A DNA stretch of 54,168 nucleotides from an uncultured virus (IMG/VR IMGVR_UViG_3300026511_000002). Its lineage: Duplodnaviria > Heunggongvirae > Uroviricota > Caudoviricetes. Made by a program: the position numbers and the translations under genes. This document shows, in pieces, positions 27,595 to 37,099 of the stretch. Numbering within the stretch: the first letter of the stretch is position 1; each line of letters starts with the position of its first letter. The notes below the pieces were generated by a model that saw only the letters and a program-made list of their open reading frames with translations, did no database searches and was not told the origin of the DNA. The stretch lies in IMG/VR virus record IMGVR_UViG_3300026511_000002, one strand, 5' to 3'.

Positions 27595-28971
27595 ATGGCA
27601 AATTTATTAAACGAAGCTGAGATCAAGAATACATGGGCACCGATTATCTCGGAAGCTACAGGTATCAACGAATCTAGCAAATTAGCGTGGATGTCGACTT
27701 ACTGTCACAACCACAAACTTTATGAAGACGCGAACATCATGTCTTTATCTAACAACCCTGGCCCAATGAACTTAACAGGTATGGGTGCAGTATCTTTTCC
27801 TGCTGGCGCTCCTGCAAACGGTGCAGCTGATGCAGCTAAAGGTTCTGGTGACAAAGCTCCAACATTATTGCCTTTGGCAATGCAAGTTGCTGCTCAAACT
27901 ATCGGTTTAGACTTAGTACCAGTAGTACCAATGGCTGGACCAATGGGATTATTGTCTTACTTAGACTTTACTTATGAAGGTGGTACTGTTGCATTAGGTG
28001 CAACTGCTCCAACTTACATCAAAACAGCTTTAGCTAAAGCTGGTCTTGACGAAAATGTAGGTACATCAAGAATTGATGGAAAAAACATCATCAAGATTGT
28101 TGATGCAGTTGCTGCTGGTGAAACAATCGCTGACAGATATGCTGACGCTTCATTAGTTGCTGCATTAGAAGACCACATTGCTGGATTCTCTGGTGCTGAC
28201 GCTAACGGTAAGCCAATGTCAAGAGAAGTTGGTGAAAGAACTGCTGATAAAGTAATGGGTCTTTCTTTATTCTCTAAAAGTGTTGCTGCTGAAACTTTCC
28301 AAGTTGCTGCTGCAGTTACAAGAGAACAAGTACAAGATTTAAAACAATTCGGTGTAGATGCTGTTGCTCAAGTTGAGTCAGTATTAACTAACGAATTAAC
28401 TCAATCTATCAACAACCACATCTTAACTAAGATGAGAGCTATCGCTGAAGAAGGAATTACTGAAGTTGCTTTAGATTACACTTTAGGTGGAAACACTTAC
28501 GGTGATGTTAACAGAAGAATCCTTACTCACGTATTGGCTGCTGCTAACTTAATCGCTAACAGAGGTAGAAGAGGTGCTGGTAACTTCGCTGTAGTTGATG
28601 CTAAATTAGCTTCAGCTTTACAAGGTGTTGCTGGTTTCGTACCAAACCCAATGGCTAACACATTCAATCAAGTTGCAGGTGCAATCTACCCAGTAGGTTC
28701 AGTTGCTGGTATCAATGTTTACACTGATCCAAACTTAGCATTCGAAGGTGATGTTAATGGAAAGCACGAAATTCTAGTAGGTAGAAAAGGTGACGGTAAC
28801 GGTGCTGGATTAGTATTCATGCCTTACTTAATGGCTGAATCAGTTCAAATGATCGCTGAAGGAACTATGGCTCCTAAAGTAGCGGTTAAATCTAGATACG
28901 CTCTAGTTGAAGCTGGTTTCCACCCAGAAACTGCATACCAAAAATTCAAAGTAGCTGGATTAAAACTATAA
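27595..28971 (+). CDS. gp23: Major capsid protein
   Basis: LVPVVPMAGPMG, EQVQDLK, ELTQSIN, RRGAGNF, INVYTD, FMPY, KSRYAL; strongly biased codon usage. Confidence 0.95.
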   Translation: MANLLNEAEIKNTWAPIISEATGINESSKLAWMSTYCHNHKLYEDANIMSLSNNPGPMNLTGMGAVSFPAGAPANGAADAAKGSGDKAPTLLPLAMQVAAQTIGLDLVPVVPMAGPMGLLSYLDFTYEGGTVALGATAPTYIKTALAKAGLDENVGTSRIDGKNIIKIVDAVAAGETIADRYADASLVAALEDHIAGFSGADANGKPMSREVGERTADKVMGLSLFSKSVAAETFQVAAAVTREQVQDLKQFGVDAVAQVESVLTNELTQSINNHILTKMRAIAEEGITEVALDYTLGGNTYGDVNRRILTHVLAAANLIANRGRRGAGNFAVVDAKLASALQGVAGFVPNPMANTFNQVAGAIYPVGSVAGINVYTDPNLAFEGDVNGKHEILVGRKGDGNGAGLVFMPYLMAESVQMIAEGTMAPKVAVKSRYALVEAGFHPETAYQKFKVAGLKL

Positions 28972-29000
28972 TCTAAACACTTAGAACAATTGATATAAAA

Positions 29001-29024
29001 GGCTGCCTTCGGGCGGCCTTTTTT
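29001..29024 (+). terminator. Rho-independent terminator with cUUCGg tetraloop
   Basis: GGCTGCC-TTCG-GGCGGCC-TTTTTT after gp23. Confidence 0.92.
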
Positions 29025-29053
29025 ATTTCTAGAAATATTTAAAATATTAAGAG

Positions 29054-29061
29054 GATATATA
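29054..29061 (+). promoter_or_regulatory. Putative late promoter GATATATA
   Basis: Octamer upstream of ORF 29099. Confidence 0.7.
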
Positions 29062-29098
29062 ATATATTAACAAGGTAATTTAAAACAAAATAATAATT

Positions 29099-30937
29099 AT
29101 GAAACTTAAATCAAAATTAAAACTTTACGAAGAGTTCGTAAATGAATCAACTAAAGAAACTACAACAACGACAGACTCTGTTGCTATAGATCAGGTTAGT
29201 GTTGATGCAGCTGCAGATTCTGCAGAAGCGGTTAGAACTGAAGTTATTAGAGACGTAGATACTATTCTTAATAATCTAGCTGAATTATCAGATAGAATTG
29301 GAGAATCAGAATCTATTGCTTTAGAAATGGATGAATTATTCGAAGAATTATTCGAACTAACTAATGTTACAGAACTTAACGAAGGTATATTAGATTTTAT
29401 TAAATCTCCTATTAAGTTCATGAAAATTAAGAAAAATCTTAAATCATATCAAAAAGCCTTAGTACAAAAAGCAATTAACGATGTTGATTTCGCTAAGAAG
29501 AAACAGGCAGGTGATGCTGATGAGAAAGATAAAAAGAGAATGGAAACTCTAAAACAAGCCAATGAAGCCAAAAACAAAGCACTAGATGATCAATTATCTG
29601 CTATCGCAGAAAGAATGACAGAATTGTCAGGTGGAGATGAAGGTTTAGGTAAAGTTGTTTCTATTGGAAAAACAAAATCTAAATTAGCTGCGGCTAAAAT
29701 AGTAATGAAAGCAACTTCAGGTGAAGAAGCAAAACAACTTAAATTAGAAATTGATACTTTAGTAGATAGAATTTCAGATGATGAAAAATCTCTTAAAGAT
29801 TACGCTAAAAAAGCTGGTCCAGCTGATCATACAGATGCTGAACAATCAGGTGATAATGATAATGAGGCTAGTAGAGATCAAATGGCAGGTATAGGCACTG
29901 AAGATAAGCCTAAAGTTAAGACTAAGACAAAGGATGAAACTCCAGAAGAGAAAGAAGCTAGAATAAAGAAAGAAAAGACAGATAAGAATGCTCCTAAAAT
30001 TGAAAAATTAGAAGCTTCAAAAACTAAAGCTAAAGAAGCATACGATGCTGTAGATGCAGGTAATAAGATTGAGAAAGCTAAAGCAAAAATTGCTTTTGTA
30101 GAAGTACAATTAGAATTAGCTAAACTTAAAGAAGATGATGCAGAAGTAATAAAAGGCTTTGAAGAAGAAATCAAAGCACTTAATATAACAGCTAATCGTA
30201 AAGCAGTTCAAGTACCAGCCGGTAATACAGAAACTGGTTCAGGCTCTGGTTCAGGTTCAGGTTCAGGCTCTGGTTCAGGCTCTGGTTCAGGTTCAGGCTC
30301 TGGTTCAGGTTCAGGCTCTGGTTCAGGCTCTGGTTCAGGTTCAGGCTCTGGTTCAGGTTCAGGCTCTGGTTCAGGAGGCGGTGAACCACAAAATAGCAAT
30401 AACCAAATTTCTGTAGAAGATAGTATAACTATTAATGAAGCTACTCTTGGTGAACTAATGGCAACTACCGAAGATGATTACAAATACTTAAAGGGAGAAG
30501 CTAAGAAACTAGGAGTTAAAGTATCAGTTTCAACTGGAAAAGATTCAATGTATGACGATATGGGATATGATACATTATCATTCAGTGGTGATAAAGCTGC
30601 TATTTTAAAATTAGCCAAAATTTCAGGTCATGATCAAGATATTTGTTCAGAACCAGATTGTGGTGGTTATGAGATTACAGAAGCCGTTGAAGTAACTGAA
30701 GAAACATCTGAAGAAGTTGAAGAAGGAAATGAATTCGGAGCTGCAAGAGCAGAAGCAATTGCAAAAGGTGAGAAAACATTTAAAGTAGGCGACGAAGAAT
30801 ATCCAGTAGAAGATGTTTCTAAGGAAGATGAAGAAAACGCTGAAGAATTTGTAGAAGAAGCAAAAGAAGAATTACCTAAAACTATTAAATTAGATGAAGG
30901 TTTAACTATTGCACAACGATTCTCAAGATTAATGTAA
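29099..30937 (+). CDS. Probable internal head protein with poly-(Gly-Ser) linker
   Basis: N-terminal KLYEEFVNE (CTS-like), several L/I-x-E sites, coiled coil, (GS)23 tract. Confidence 0.6.
   Translation: MKLKSKLKLYEEFVNESTKETTTTTDSVAIDQVSVDAAADSAEAVRTEVIRDVDTILNNLAELSDRIGESESIALEMDELFEELFELTNVTELNEGILDFIKSPIKFMKIKKNLKSYQKALVQKAINDVDFAKKKQAGDADEKDKKRMETLKQANEAKNKALDDQLSAIAERMTELSGGDEGLGKVVSIGKTKSKLAAAKIVMKATSGEEAKQLKLEIDTLVDRISDDEKSLKDYAKKAGPADHTDAEQSGDNDNEASRDQMAGIGTEDKPKVKTKTKDETPEEKEARIKKEKTDKNAPKIEKLEASKTKAKEAYDAVDAGNKIEKAKAKIAFVEVQLELAKLKEDDAEVIKGFEEEIKALNITANRKAVQVPAGNTETGSGSGSGSGSGSGSGSGSGSGSGSGSGSGSGSGSGSGSGSGSGSGSGGGEPQNSNNQISVEDSITINEATLGELMATTEDDYKYLKGEAKKLGVKVSVSTGKDSMYDDMGYDTLSFSGDKAAILKLAKISGHDQDICSEPDCGGYEITEAVEVTEETSEEVEEGNEFGAARAEAIAKGEKTFKVGDEEYPVEDVSKEDEENAEEFVEEAKEELPKTIKLDEGLTIAQRFSRLM
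30236..30373 (+). repeat. Hexanucleotide tandem repeat GGTTCA/GGCTCT x23 encoding (GS)23
   Basis: Directly visible; contains an exact 48-nt tandem duplication. Confidence 0.97.
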
Positions 30938-30939
30938 GA

Positions 30940-31449
30940 TTAAAGAGAACGTTTAGCGTTCTTTTTAGCAAGTTTAAGAAACTCCTCTCGTTCTTCGAGC
31001 AGGAGTTTTTTACATTTCTTACGAAACTCAATTGAAGATTTTAATATACGACTATCAATCATTGGTGCTTTTAATGCATCATGATATTCTGGATGTAAAA
31101 AGTTTTCCAAATCAAAATTCATAAATTTAGCTTTAATTGGCTTAAGACTAATCGCACAATACCAATCTACTATATTACAGTTTTCATGAAGTGTTGCTAA
31201 ATCGACTAATATTTCATTACTATGATCCCAGTATTTTTTAGTTAATGCGACGCTTTTAATTGGTGGTTTTTGCATTCTAAGTACACAATGGACAAATTGA
31301 TCATCATCAGACCATCTTCTAATGTGCCTGTGTTCAACAAGGAACTTCCTGAAGAACTTCATCATTGGCGCTAGTATAATACCGTACCTATTTCGTGGAT
31401 TAGGACCAGATGTGCGGGTGATGATTATATGAGAATAAGATCTTGCCAT
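30940..31449 (-). CDS. Hypothetical protein; the only convincing minus-strand gene
   Basis: 169 aa ORF filling the gap between + genes, with GATAAATA upstream on the minus strand. Confidence 0.75.
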   Translation of the reverse strand: MARSYSHIIITRTSGPNPRNRYGIILAPMMKFFRKFLVEHRHIRRWSDDDQFVHCVLRMQKPPIKSVALTKKYWDHSNEILVDLATLHENCNIVDWYCAISLKPIKAKFMNFDLENFLHPEYHDALKAPMIDSRILKSSIEFRKKCKKLLLEEREEFLKLAKKNAKRSL

Positions 31450-31455
31450 TTATTA

Positions 31456-31463
31456 TATTTATC
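31456..31463 (-). promoter_or_regulatory. Putative late promoter variant GATAAATA
   Basis: Reverse complement reads GATAAATATAATA just before the ATG at 31449. Confidence 0.5.
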
Positions 31464-31466
31464 TAT

Positions 31467-31495
31467 GAAACTTTATAGCTGTTGTGAGGTATAAC
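31467..31495 (+). promoter_or_regulatory. Putative middle promoter
   Basis: GAAAC-N18-TATAAC upstream of gp44. Confidence 0.55.
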
Positions 31496-31514
31496 CATTA
31501 AACATATTATATAC

Positions 31515-32471
31515 ATGAATTCGATAAATCAATTATTTACAGAAAAATACAGACCTAAAAACCTAGAAGAACTCATATTACCAGAGAGGGTAATGAGTAA
31601 ATTCAATGATGGTTTAGTACAAAATATGCTATTCGCTGGATCACCAGGAACAGGCAAAACATCATGTGCTAAGGCAATTGTTCAACAATTTAAACTACCA
31701 TATCTCTATATTAATGCATCAACAGATACATCGGTAGAAGTTATTCGTACAAGAATTACCGATTTCTGTTCTACTGTTTCTATTATGGATGCACCCGGAA
31801 TGTTTAAAGTAGTAATACTTGATGAGGTTGATGGTGTATCAGATCAATTCTTTAAAGCATTGCGTGCTACTATGGAAACATTCGCATCTAATTCTAGATT
31901 TATTGCAACATGTAATTATATTAATAAACTACCAGATCCAATTCTTTCAAGATTTGAAGTTATAGATTTTGATTTTGACAAACAAGAAGAAAGTGAACTA
32001 ACAAAAAAGTATATTAAAAGAGTTTATGAGATTTGTAAGAAAGAAGACATGACAATTGAAAAGCCGGCATTGGTTGAATTTGTTAAAAGAAACTTTCCTG
32101 ATTTAAGATCTACTCTTAATAAATTACAAGGATATAAAACACAAGGTACTTCCAATATTACAGTAGATGATGTTAAAAAATTCAACTCTGTATATAAAGA
32201 CGTATTTGAATTAGTGTTTAATGAAACAGATCCTGCAAAAAATTATCAAACATTAGTAGGTAATTATGCAAATAGAGTTGACGATGTTTTACAAACACTT
32301 GGCGCTGAATTCATTGAATATATTCAGCAAGAAAAAGGACAATATATAAAACATATACCACAGATAATTATAACTGTAGCTAAGCATCAATCTCAAAGAG
32401 TTCATGTTATTGATCCAGTTATTACAATGTTAAGTTGTGTATATGAGATACAAAGTATAGTTAATTCGTAA
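31515..32471 (+). CDS. gp44: Clamp loader large subunit (RFC-like AAA+)
   Basis: EKYRP, GSPGTGKTS, INAS, ILDEVD, SRF. Confidence 0.93.
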   Translation: MNSINQLFTEKYRPKNLEELILPERVMSKFNDGLVQNMLFAGSPGTGKTSCAKAIVQQFKLPYLYINASTDTSVEVIRTRITDFCSTVSIMDAPGMFKVVILDEVDGVSDQFFKALRATMETFASNSRFIATCNYINKLPDPILSRFEVIDFDFDKQEESELTKKYIKRVYEICKKEDMTIEKPALVEFVKRNFPDLRSTLNKLQGYKTQGTSNITVDDVKKFNSVYKDVFELVFNETDPAKNYQTLVGNYANRVDDVLQTLGAEFIEYIQQEKGQYIKHIPQIIITVAKHQSQRVHVIDPVITMLSCVYEIQSIVNS

Positions 32472-32486
32472 AAAAGTAATAAATAA

Positions 32487-32518
32487 TTTTTTTATGTCAA
32501 TTATTTTTGGTATATTAG
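32487..32518 (+). promoter_or_regulatory. Putative early (host sigma) promoter
   Basis: TTTTTTTATGTC-N12-TATATTAG; same layout at 52023-52054; near the Bacteroidota -7 consensus TAnnTTTG. Confidence 0.55.
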
Positions 32519-32542
32519 GCATAGATATTAAACACATAAGAT

Positions 32543-33808
32543 ATGAAAGTGGGAAAACACACACTATTAATAGACGGTAATTATTTTGTATTCAGCAGAC
32601 TTTTTGTTTTACCAAAACCTAAAACAGGTCAACTGTTAGGTGATGATAAACAAAAATCACAGTTTATGAGAAAATTAGCCATTGATTTTGCATCAGAGAT
32701 GCGTAAATTAAAAATGTTTGTAGATGACGTTGTATTAACAGTTGATTCTAAATCATGGAGAAAAGATTTATACCCAGAAGCAGATTATAAGGGTACTAGA
32801 AAACAAAGCAGTAATGTAAATTGGACAAATGTATATGGAGTTTATGAAGAATTCCAAAAAATATTAGCCGATAAAGGTGTTACTGTACATCAAATACAAG
32901 GTGCAGAAGCAGATGATGTTATTTTTGGATGGTCTACTGCACTTAATAACAGGGGTAAATCATGTATCGTATGGTCAGGTGATAGAGATCTTATTCAATT
33001 AGTAAATTACTCTAAAACTAATGATGCACATACTTTATGGTATTACAACACTAAAAAATCTTTATATGCTTATGAAGGTTTTGAAACAGACATGGAAGCA
33101 TCGGTTGCATCTGAAATGTCAAATGAAGATCTTCTATTTAACATGGGAGGTGAGCACATGACAAGAGATTCGTATCAAAATAATATTATGTCATGGGTAA
33201 AAGCACTTAAAATAAATATTACAGAAGTTGATTGTGATAGATTTATTTTCAATAAGATTCTTATAGGTGATAAATCAGATAATATACCATCTGTAGTTAC
33301 GTGGCAAAAAGAATTAAAAACAGGCAAGCTTAGAACATACTCTATCACAGAGAAGATGGCAGATACCATATACGATCAATTTATTAAAGAACTAGATAAC
33401 TTTACTATTGAGTATTTGTTTAATACAGATCACAAGAACTCTCTTACAGACATCATATACAGAGTAGTTGGACATTCTAATACTGCATTGATCAAAGCAT
33501 CTTTATCTAATAACATCGCGTTAATGTTACTACATATTAAAACTATTCCAGACTCTATTCAAAAAGCGATATATGATGCTATCGAAAAGGATTGGGAAGG
33601 AGCATTAGAAAATGTAGAACAATTCCAAGATATGGAAAAAATATTGGAAGGAACAAGTTGGTTGAAAGATAAAGCAAGTTTTGGTCCTGATGCATTCGCA
33701 GGAATGGATATTCCTAAAGAAACAAAGACCAAAAAACCTCCAATGAAATTAGTAGGTAAGAAAACAAATACAGATAAAAAATTGGCACCTAGTAAAAAGT
33801 TATTCTAA
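32543..33808 (+). CDS. rnh: RNase H / 5'-3' flap exonuclease (T4 rnh-like)
   Basis: LIDGN, SWRK..YP..YKGTR, EADDVI, SGDRDLIQL, GDKSDNIP. Confidence 0.9.
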   Translation: MKVGKHTLLIDGNYFVFSRLFVLPKPKTGQLLGDDKQKSQFMRKLAIDFASEMRKLKMFVDDVVLTVDSKSWRKDLYPEADYKGTRKQSSNVNWTNVYGVYEEFQKILADKGVTVHQIQGAEADDVIFGWSTALNNRGKSCIVWSGDRDLIQLVNYSKTNDAHTLWYYNTKKSLYAYEGFETDMEASVASEMSNEDLLFNMGGEHMTRDSYQNNIMSWVKALKINITEVDCDRFIFNKILIGDKSDNIPSVVTWQKELKTGKLRTYSITEKMADTIYDQFIKELDNFTIEYLFNTDHKNSLTDIIYRVVGHSNTALIKASLSNNIALMLLHIKTIPDSIQKAIYDAIEKDWEGALENVEQFQDMEKILEGTSWLKDKASFGPDAFAGMDIPKETKTKKPPMKLVGKKTNTDKKLAPSKKLF

Positions 33809-33809
33809 T

Positions 33810-33971
33810 ATGACACTAACTGATTATATTCAAATAGAAGAAATATTAGCAGAAGCAAATGCACATAATCTAAAACCAGAAGTTATAGATCTTGCTATTA
33901 AAATAGAGATGCTTCATAATTTTTCAAAAGTAGATGCACATCAACATGCATTTAACACCTTAATAGGGTAA
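33810..33971 (+). CDS. Small hypothetical protein (53 aa), not in ORF track
   Basis: MTLTDYIQIEEILAEANAHNLKPEVIDLAIKIEMLHNFSKVDAHQHAFNTLIG, immediately after rnh. Confidence 0.65.
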   Translation: MTLTDYIQIEEILAEANAHNLKPEVIDLAIKIEMLHNFSKVDAHQHAFNTLIG

Positions 33972-33996
33972 ACTTTCTTACTAATCCACATATAAA
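33969..33996 (+). promoter_or_regulatory. Putative middle promoter
   Basis: TAAAC-N17-TATAAA. Confidence 0.55.
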
Positions 33997-34000
33997 TAAT

Positions 34001-34429
34001 ATGCTAGACGAAACTAAATTATTTGATTTTGTAAAGATAATGTTTACAAAACCAGACCAATACAACAATATAAAAAATCATTCAAAGAAACGACATCACT
34101 TTATGATCAATCGTTTCTTTGCTATTAAATATCCATCTAATGCTAATCTTTTTAATTTAAACGGTATTAATGGAGGAAATGTAGTAGAATCATGGGCTAT
34201 GGTTGCTCAAAGATTCAAAGGTGTTCCACGTTGGTTTTATACTAAGACCAAAAAAGCACCAAAAAAACAGGTTGATAGATATACTCCTAGCGATGCTTCA
34301 ATTGAGATCTACCTGTCAAAAAATGAAATAGGTATGCGAGAATTCAATGATTTAAAATTGTATGCAAAAGAGGAACTATTTAATGATTTACAAAAAATTG
34401 AAGCGCAAATAGATGTTTACAGAAAATAA
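34001..34429 (+). CDS. Clamp loader small subunit (gp62-like)
   Basis: FMINRFFA...ANLFN...RWF..K pattern like gp62; close to gp44. Confidence 0.6.
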   Translation: MLDETKLFDFVKIMFTKPDQYNNIKNHSKKRHHFMINRFFAIKYPSNANLFNLNGINGGNVVESWAMVAQRFKGVPRWFYTKTKKAPKKQVDRYTPSDASIEIYLSKNEIGMREFNDLKLYAKEELFNDLQKIEAQIDVYRK

Positions 34430-35063
34430 AGATGACTTTTCAGAAGTAGTAGATATTACACTTTATCGATATAATTCAATAGACACTAAAATATGGGGAC
34501 TAATTTCTAGGGACTCTATGTGTAAAAGAATAAGCGATGATTCGTATTTAGTACAGGCTACAAAAATGCAACAATATATTACTAAGTTCTTTGCTAGAGA
34601 AATAAATAGATTTAAATCTGTGGGAGATGCATCTATACACAAAGAAGCAACTTCAATTTATTTTATATGGCAAATGTTACAAAATATGCCAAATTTATCA
34701 TGGATCAAAGTTACTTTAAATAAAAATCTAAATTATAATAGAATTGTCAAGATTGATCAAATTAAAACAATTAAATATAATATTAAAACAATTAGAGGTA
34801 GTTTAAGATTATTTGAATTATTTGAATCGAGAGAATTAAATATTATAAATGAAGTTTTAGAAAGATGTAAGATGATGTCAAGTGATGAGATGTATAAAGT
34901 TTTTAAACTAAAACAGTTCATGACAGTGTTAGATATGTATTTATCAGATAATGAAGCAACAGAAACCTTTGGAATAATTAATGCAATAATTCATAAATTA
35001 GAACCTTATGAATCTGACGATCCTGAAATACTCTTAATAACAGATAGAAATTCAGATATATAA
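34413..35063 (+). CDS. Hypothetical protein
   Basis: 216 aa ORF overlapping the upstream gene. Confidence 0.7.
   Translation: MFTENKDDFSEVVDITLYRYNSIDTKIWGLISRDSMCKRISDDSYLVQATKMQQYITKFFAREINRFKSVGDASIHKEATSIYFIWQMLQNMPNLSWIKVTLNKNLNYNRIVKIDQIKTIKYNIKTIRGSLRLFELFESRELNIINEVLERCKMMSSDEMYKVFKLKQFMTVLDMYLSDNEATETFGIINAIIHKLEPYESDDPEILLITDRNSDI
35055..35062 (+). promoter_or_regulatory. Putative late promoter GATATATA
   Basis: Octamer upstream of ORF 35094. Confidence 0.7.
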
Positions 35064-35093
35064 TAAAAAACAAGACCACTGGTCCTTTTATTA

Positions 35094-37043
35094 ATGGTAA
35101 ATAATTTTACAGCAGATCAAATAGGTGACTCATTTGTCGCAAAGCTAATAGAACCATACGAAAATGTAGCGGGTATCAATTCATGGGATATTGTAGCAGG
35201 TGTAAGTACGCCAAATACTGTAGGAACTTTAAGTATGACTGAAGGTAATCTTACTGTTACTGGACAAAACACCAACTTATTTTTAAATAGAGGTGATAAA
35301 ATCATAGTAGGTAATACAACATTTGAAGTAGATACAATATATGACTCGAATACTTTTACAGTATTGGAAGTTCCTACCTTTACTGCAACAGGCTTAAAAT
35401 TTTACTTACCATTAAATCCAAACAATTTTTTTAATTACGAATTTAAATGGTCACAAGAGCCATTAGATAGTGATGGAGGCGCAATGTCAGAATATGCGTT
35501 ATTAAACACTGGCACATCACCTACGGATTTATTAGGATTAACGTTTGATTCTACTAAACCCCTATGGATTAGTGTTAGGTTTACAGTAAATAGATTATCT
35601 ACGGCACATTCTTTATCTTTATTAAGTCTTACATTTAATTTAGAAACAGAAGCTGGAGAAATTATATCATGCCCTCAATATTGTACTGATTGTACTGATC
35701 CATCAGCAATGAATGGATGTGCTAATATATCTGTTACATGTGACGAAAACTTATTTGATCCATATTCTTTACAAAAACCAATTAATGTATATAAGCAAAT
35801 ATCTGATTTATCTACTGAGATGTTTGGCCATAAAGTAAAGTATTATAAAGTAGAGGCAGATAAAAGATCGCGCGATGTTATATTAATGGAATATTCATTG
35901 TATAATGTTAAAGATAGTGGAGAATTTAAAATAATGGTACCAGATAATGAGATGCCATCTAATGAATTTAAATTTGATATTTATGGAATGGGATTTGAGG
36001 ATTTTGAAATACACATAACAAAAACTCAATTTGAATCAGCATTTGGTCCAAATAAAAATCCGAGAATGAGGGATTACTTATATTTTCCTTTAATGAATAG
36101 AATGTATGAAGTTAGTTCTGTTGCATTTGCAGATGAATTTAACATGGAACATTCTTACTGGAGAGTAATGCTTAGAAAATATGAGGAAAGAACAAGCACT
36201 ATTAATAATGATACAGTAATAGAGCAAGAAGTTAATGATTTAGTTACAGGATTAGATGAAGTCTTTGGAGAAGAGATACAAGACGAATTTACACAAGTTA
36301 CTAAACCAGAACAATATCAAACCGTATTTACAGAAGTAGGTGATGGTATTAGAGAAAGAATTCATAACAACTTAACAATATTAGATACTGAGATTAGACA
36401 GAAGTGGACAATCATTAGTAAAAACACATATGATCTTAGTAGTATTAAAGACATAGGAATAGAAGCATTGGTTTATAAAAGAAAATCTAAACTTGCATCC
36501 AATGATAATTTAGCTATTACACTTTGGTTTCAACCTAATTTAAAAGAAGCTAATCCAAATGCAACATTAATAGATGGATATTTAAGTGGTAAAGGATTAA
36601 AGGTGTCAACAACATCTAATAACTTGTCAGTTAAAATAAACGGAGATTCTCATTCATTTACATATGACAATGAAATTTTAAATGATGTATGGCATGGTGT
36701 AGTTATTAATGTAAATAATAAATACAGCAAACTTACAGCTAACGTATTCAAATTAGAACCTGGTAGTAACTTATTAAATAGTAATACAACACAAACAGGA
36801 ATCACATCAGTATTAAATGATTCGAAAGATATTTCTGCTTATGATTGGAATTCATTAAAACAATGGTCTCTTATGCCAGGTCCAGCAAAATTAACAAACG
36901 TTAGATTATTTAATAAATCAATAGAAGCAGAACAAAGACTAAATGTATTACAACAATATATTGTTAGAGATAATAAATTCGCTCTAGTCATAGATAACGC
37001 AGTTCCATCAATTCAATTAAGAAGATATAATCAAAATAGATAA
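35094..37043 (+). CDS. Neck protein (gp14-like core) with N-terminal beta domain and C-terminal LamG/ConA-like domain
   Basis: FGHKVKYY...FDIYGM...PRMRDYLYFPLMNRMYEVSSV (gp14-like); ITLWF...WHGVV...VRLFNKSI (LamG-like). Confidence 0.65.
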   Translation: MVNNFTADQIGDSFVAKLIEPYENVAGINSWDIVAGVSTPNTVGTLSMTEGNLTVTGQNTNLFLNRGDKIIVGNTTFEVDTIYDSNTFTVLEVPTFTATGLKFYLPLNPNNFFNYEFKWSQEPLDSDGGAMSEYALLNTGTSPTDLLGLTFDSTKPLWISVRFTVNRLSTAHSLSLLSLTFNLETEAGEIISCPQYCTDCTDPSAMNGCANISVTCDENLFDPYSLQKPINVYKQISDLSTEMFGHKVKYYKVEADKRSRDVILMEYSLYNVKDSGEFKIMVPDNEMPSNEFKFDIYGMGFEDFEIHITKTQFESAFGPNKNPRMRDYLYFPLMNRMYEVSSVAFADEFNMEHSYWRVMLRKYEERTSTINNDTVIEQEVNDLVTGLDEVFGEEIQDEFTQVTKPEQYQTVFTEVGDGIRERIHNNLTILDTEIRQKWTIISKNTYDLSSIKDIGIEALVYKRKSKLASNDNLAITLWFQPNLKEANPNATLIDGYLSGKGLKVSTTSNNLSVKINGDSHSFTYDNEILNDVWHGVVINVNNKYSKLTANVFKLEPGSNLLNSNTTQTGITSVLNDSKDISAYDWNSLKQWSLMPGPAKLTNVRLFNKSIEAEQRLNVLQQYIVRDNKFALVIDNAVPSIQLRRYNQNR

Positions 37044-37074
37044 TTTACTATAATTTTACTACAATGATTTGTTA

Positions 37075-37082
37075 GATATATA
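37075..37082 (+). promoter_or_regulatory. Putative late promoter GATATATA
   Basis: Octamer upstream of the small terminase. Confidence 0.65.
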
Positions 37083-37099
37083 GATTATAATATAATAAT

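Noticed and set aside
30236..30373. Possible CRISPR array
   Set aside because: Contiguous 6-nt units with no unique spacers, in frame within a CDS; no cas genes
30192..30399. Minus-strand ORFs with (PE)n and (NQSL)n repeats
   Set aside because: Reverse-frame readings of the GS hexamer repeat
37041..37064. Short direct repeat TAATTT(T)ACTA before the small terminase
   Set aside because: Only two imperfect AT-rich copies; not distinguishable from chance
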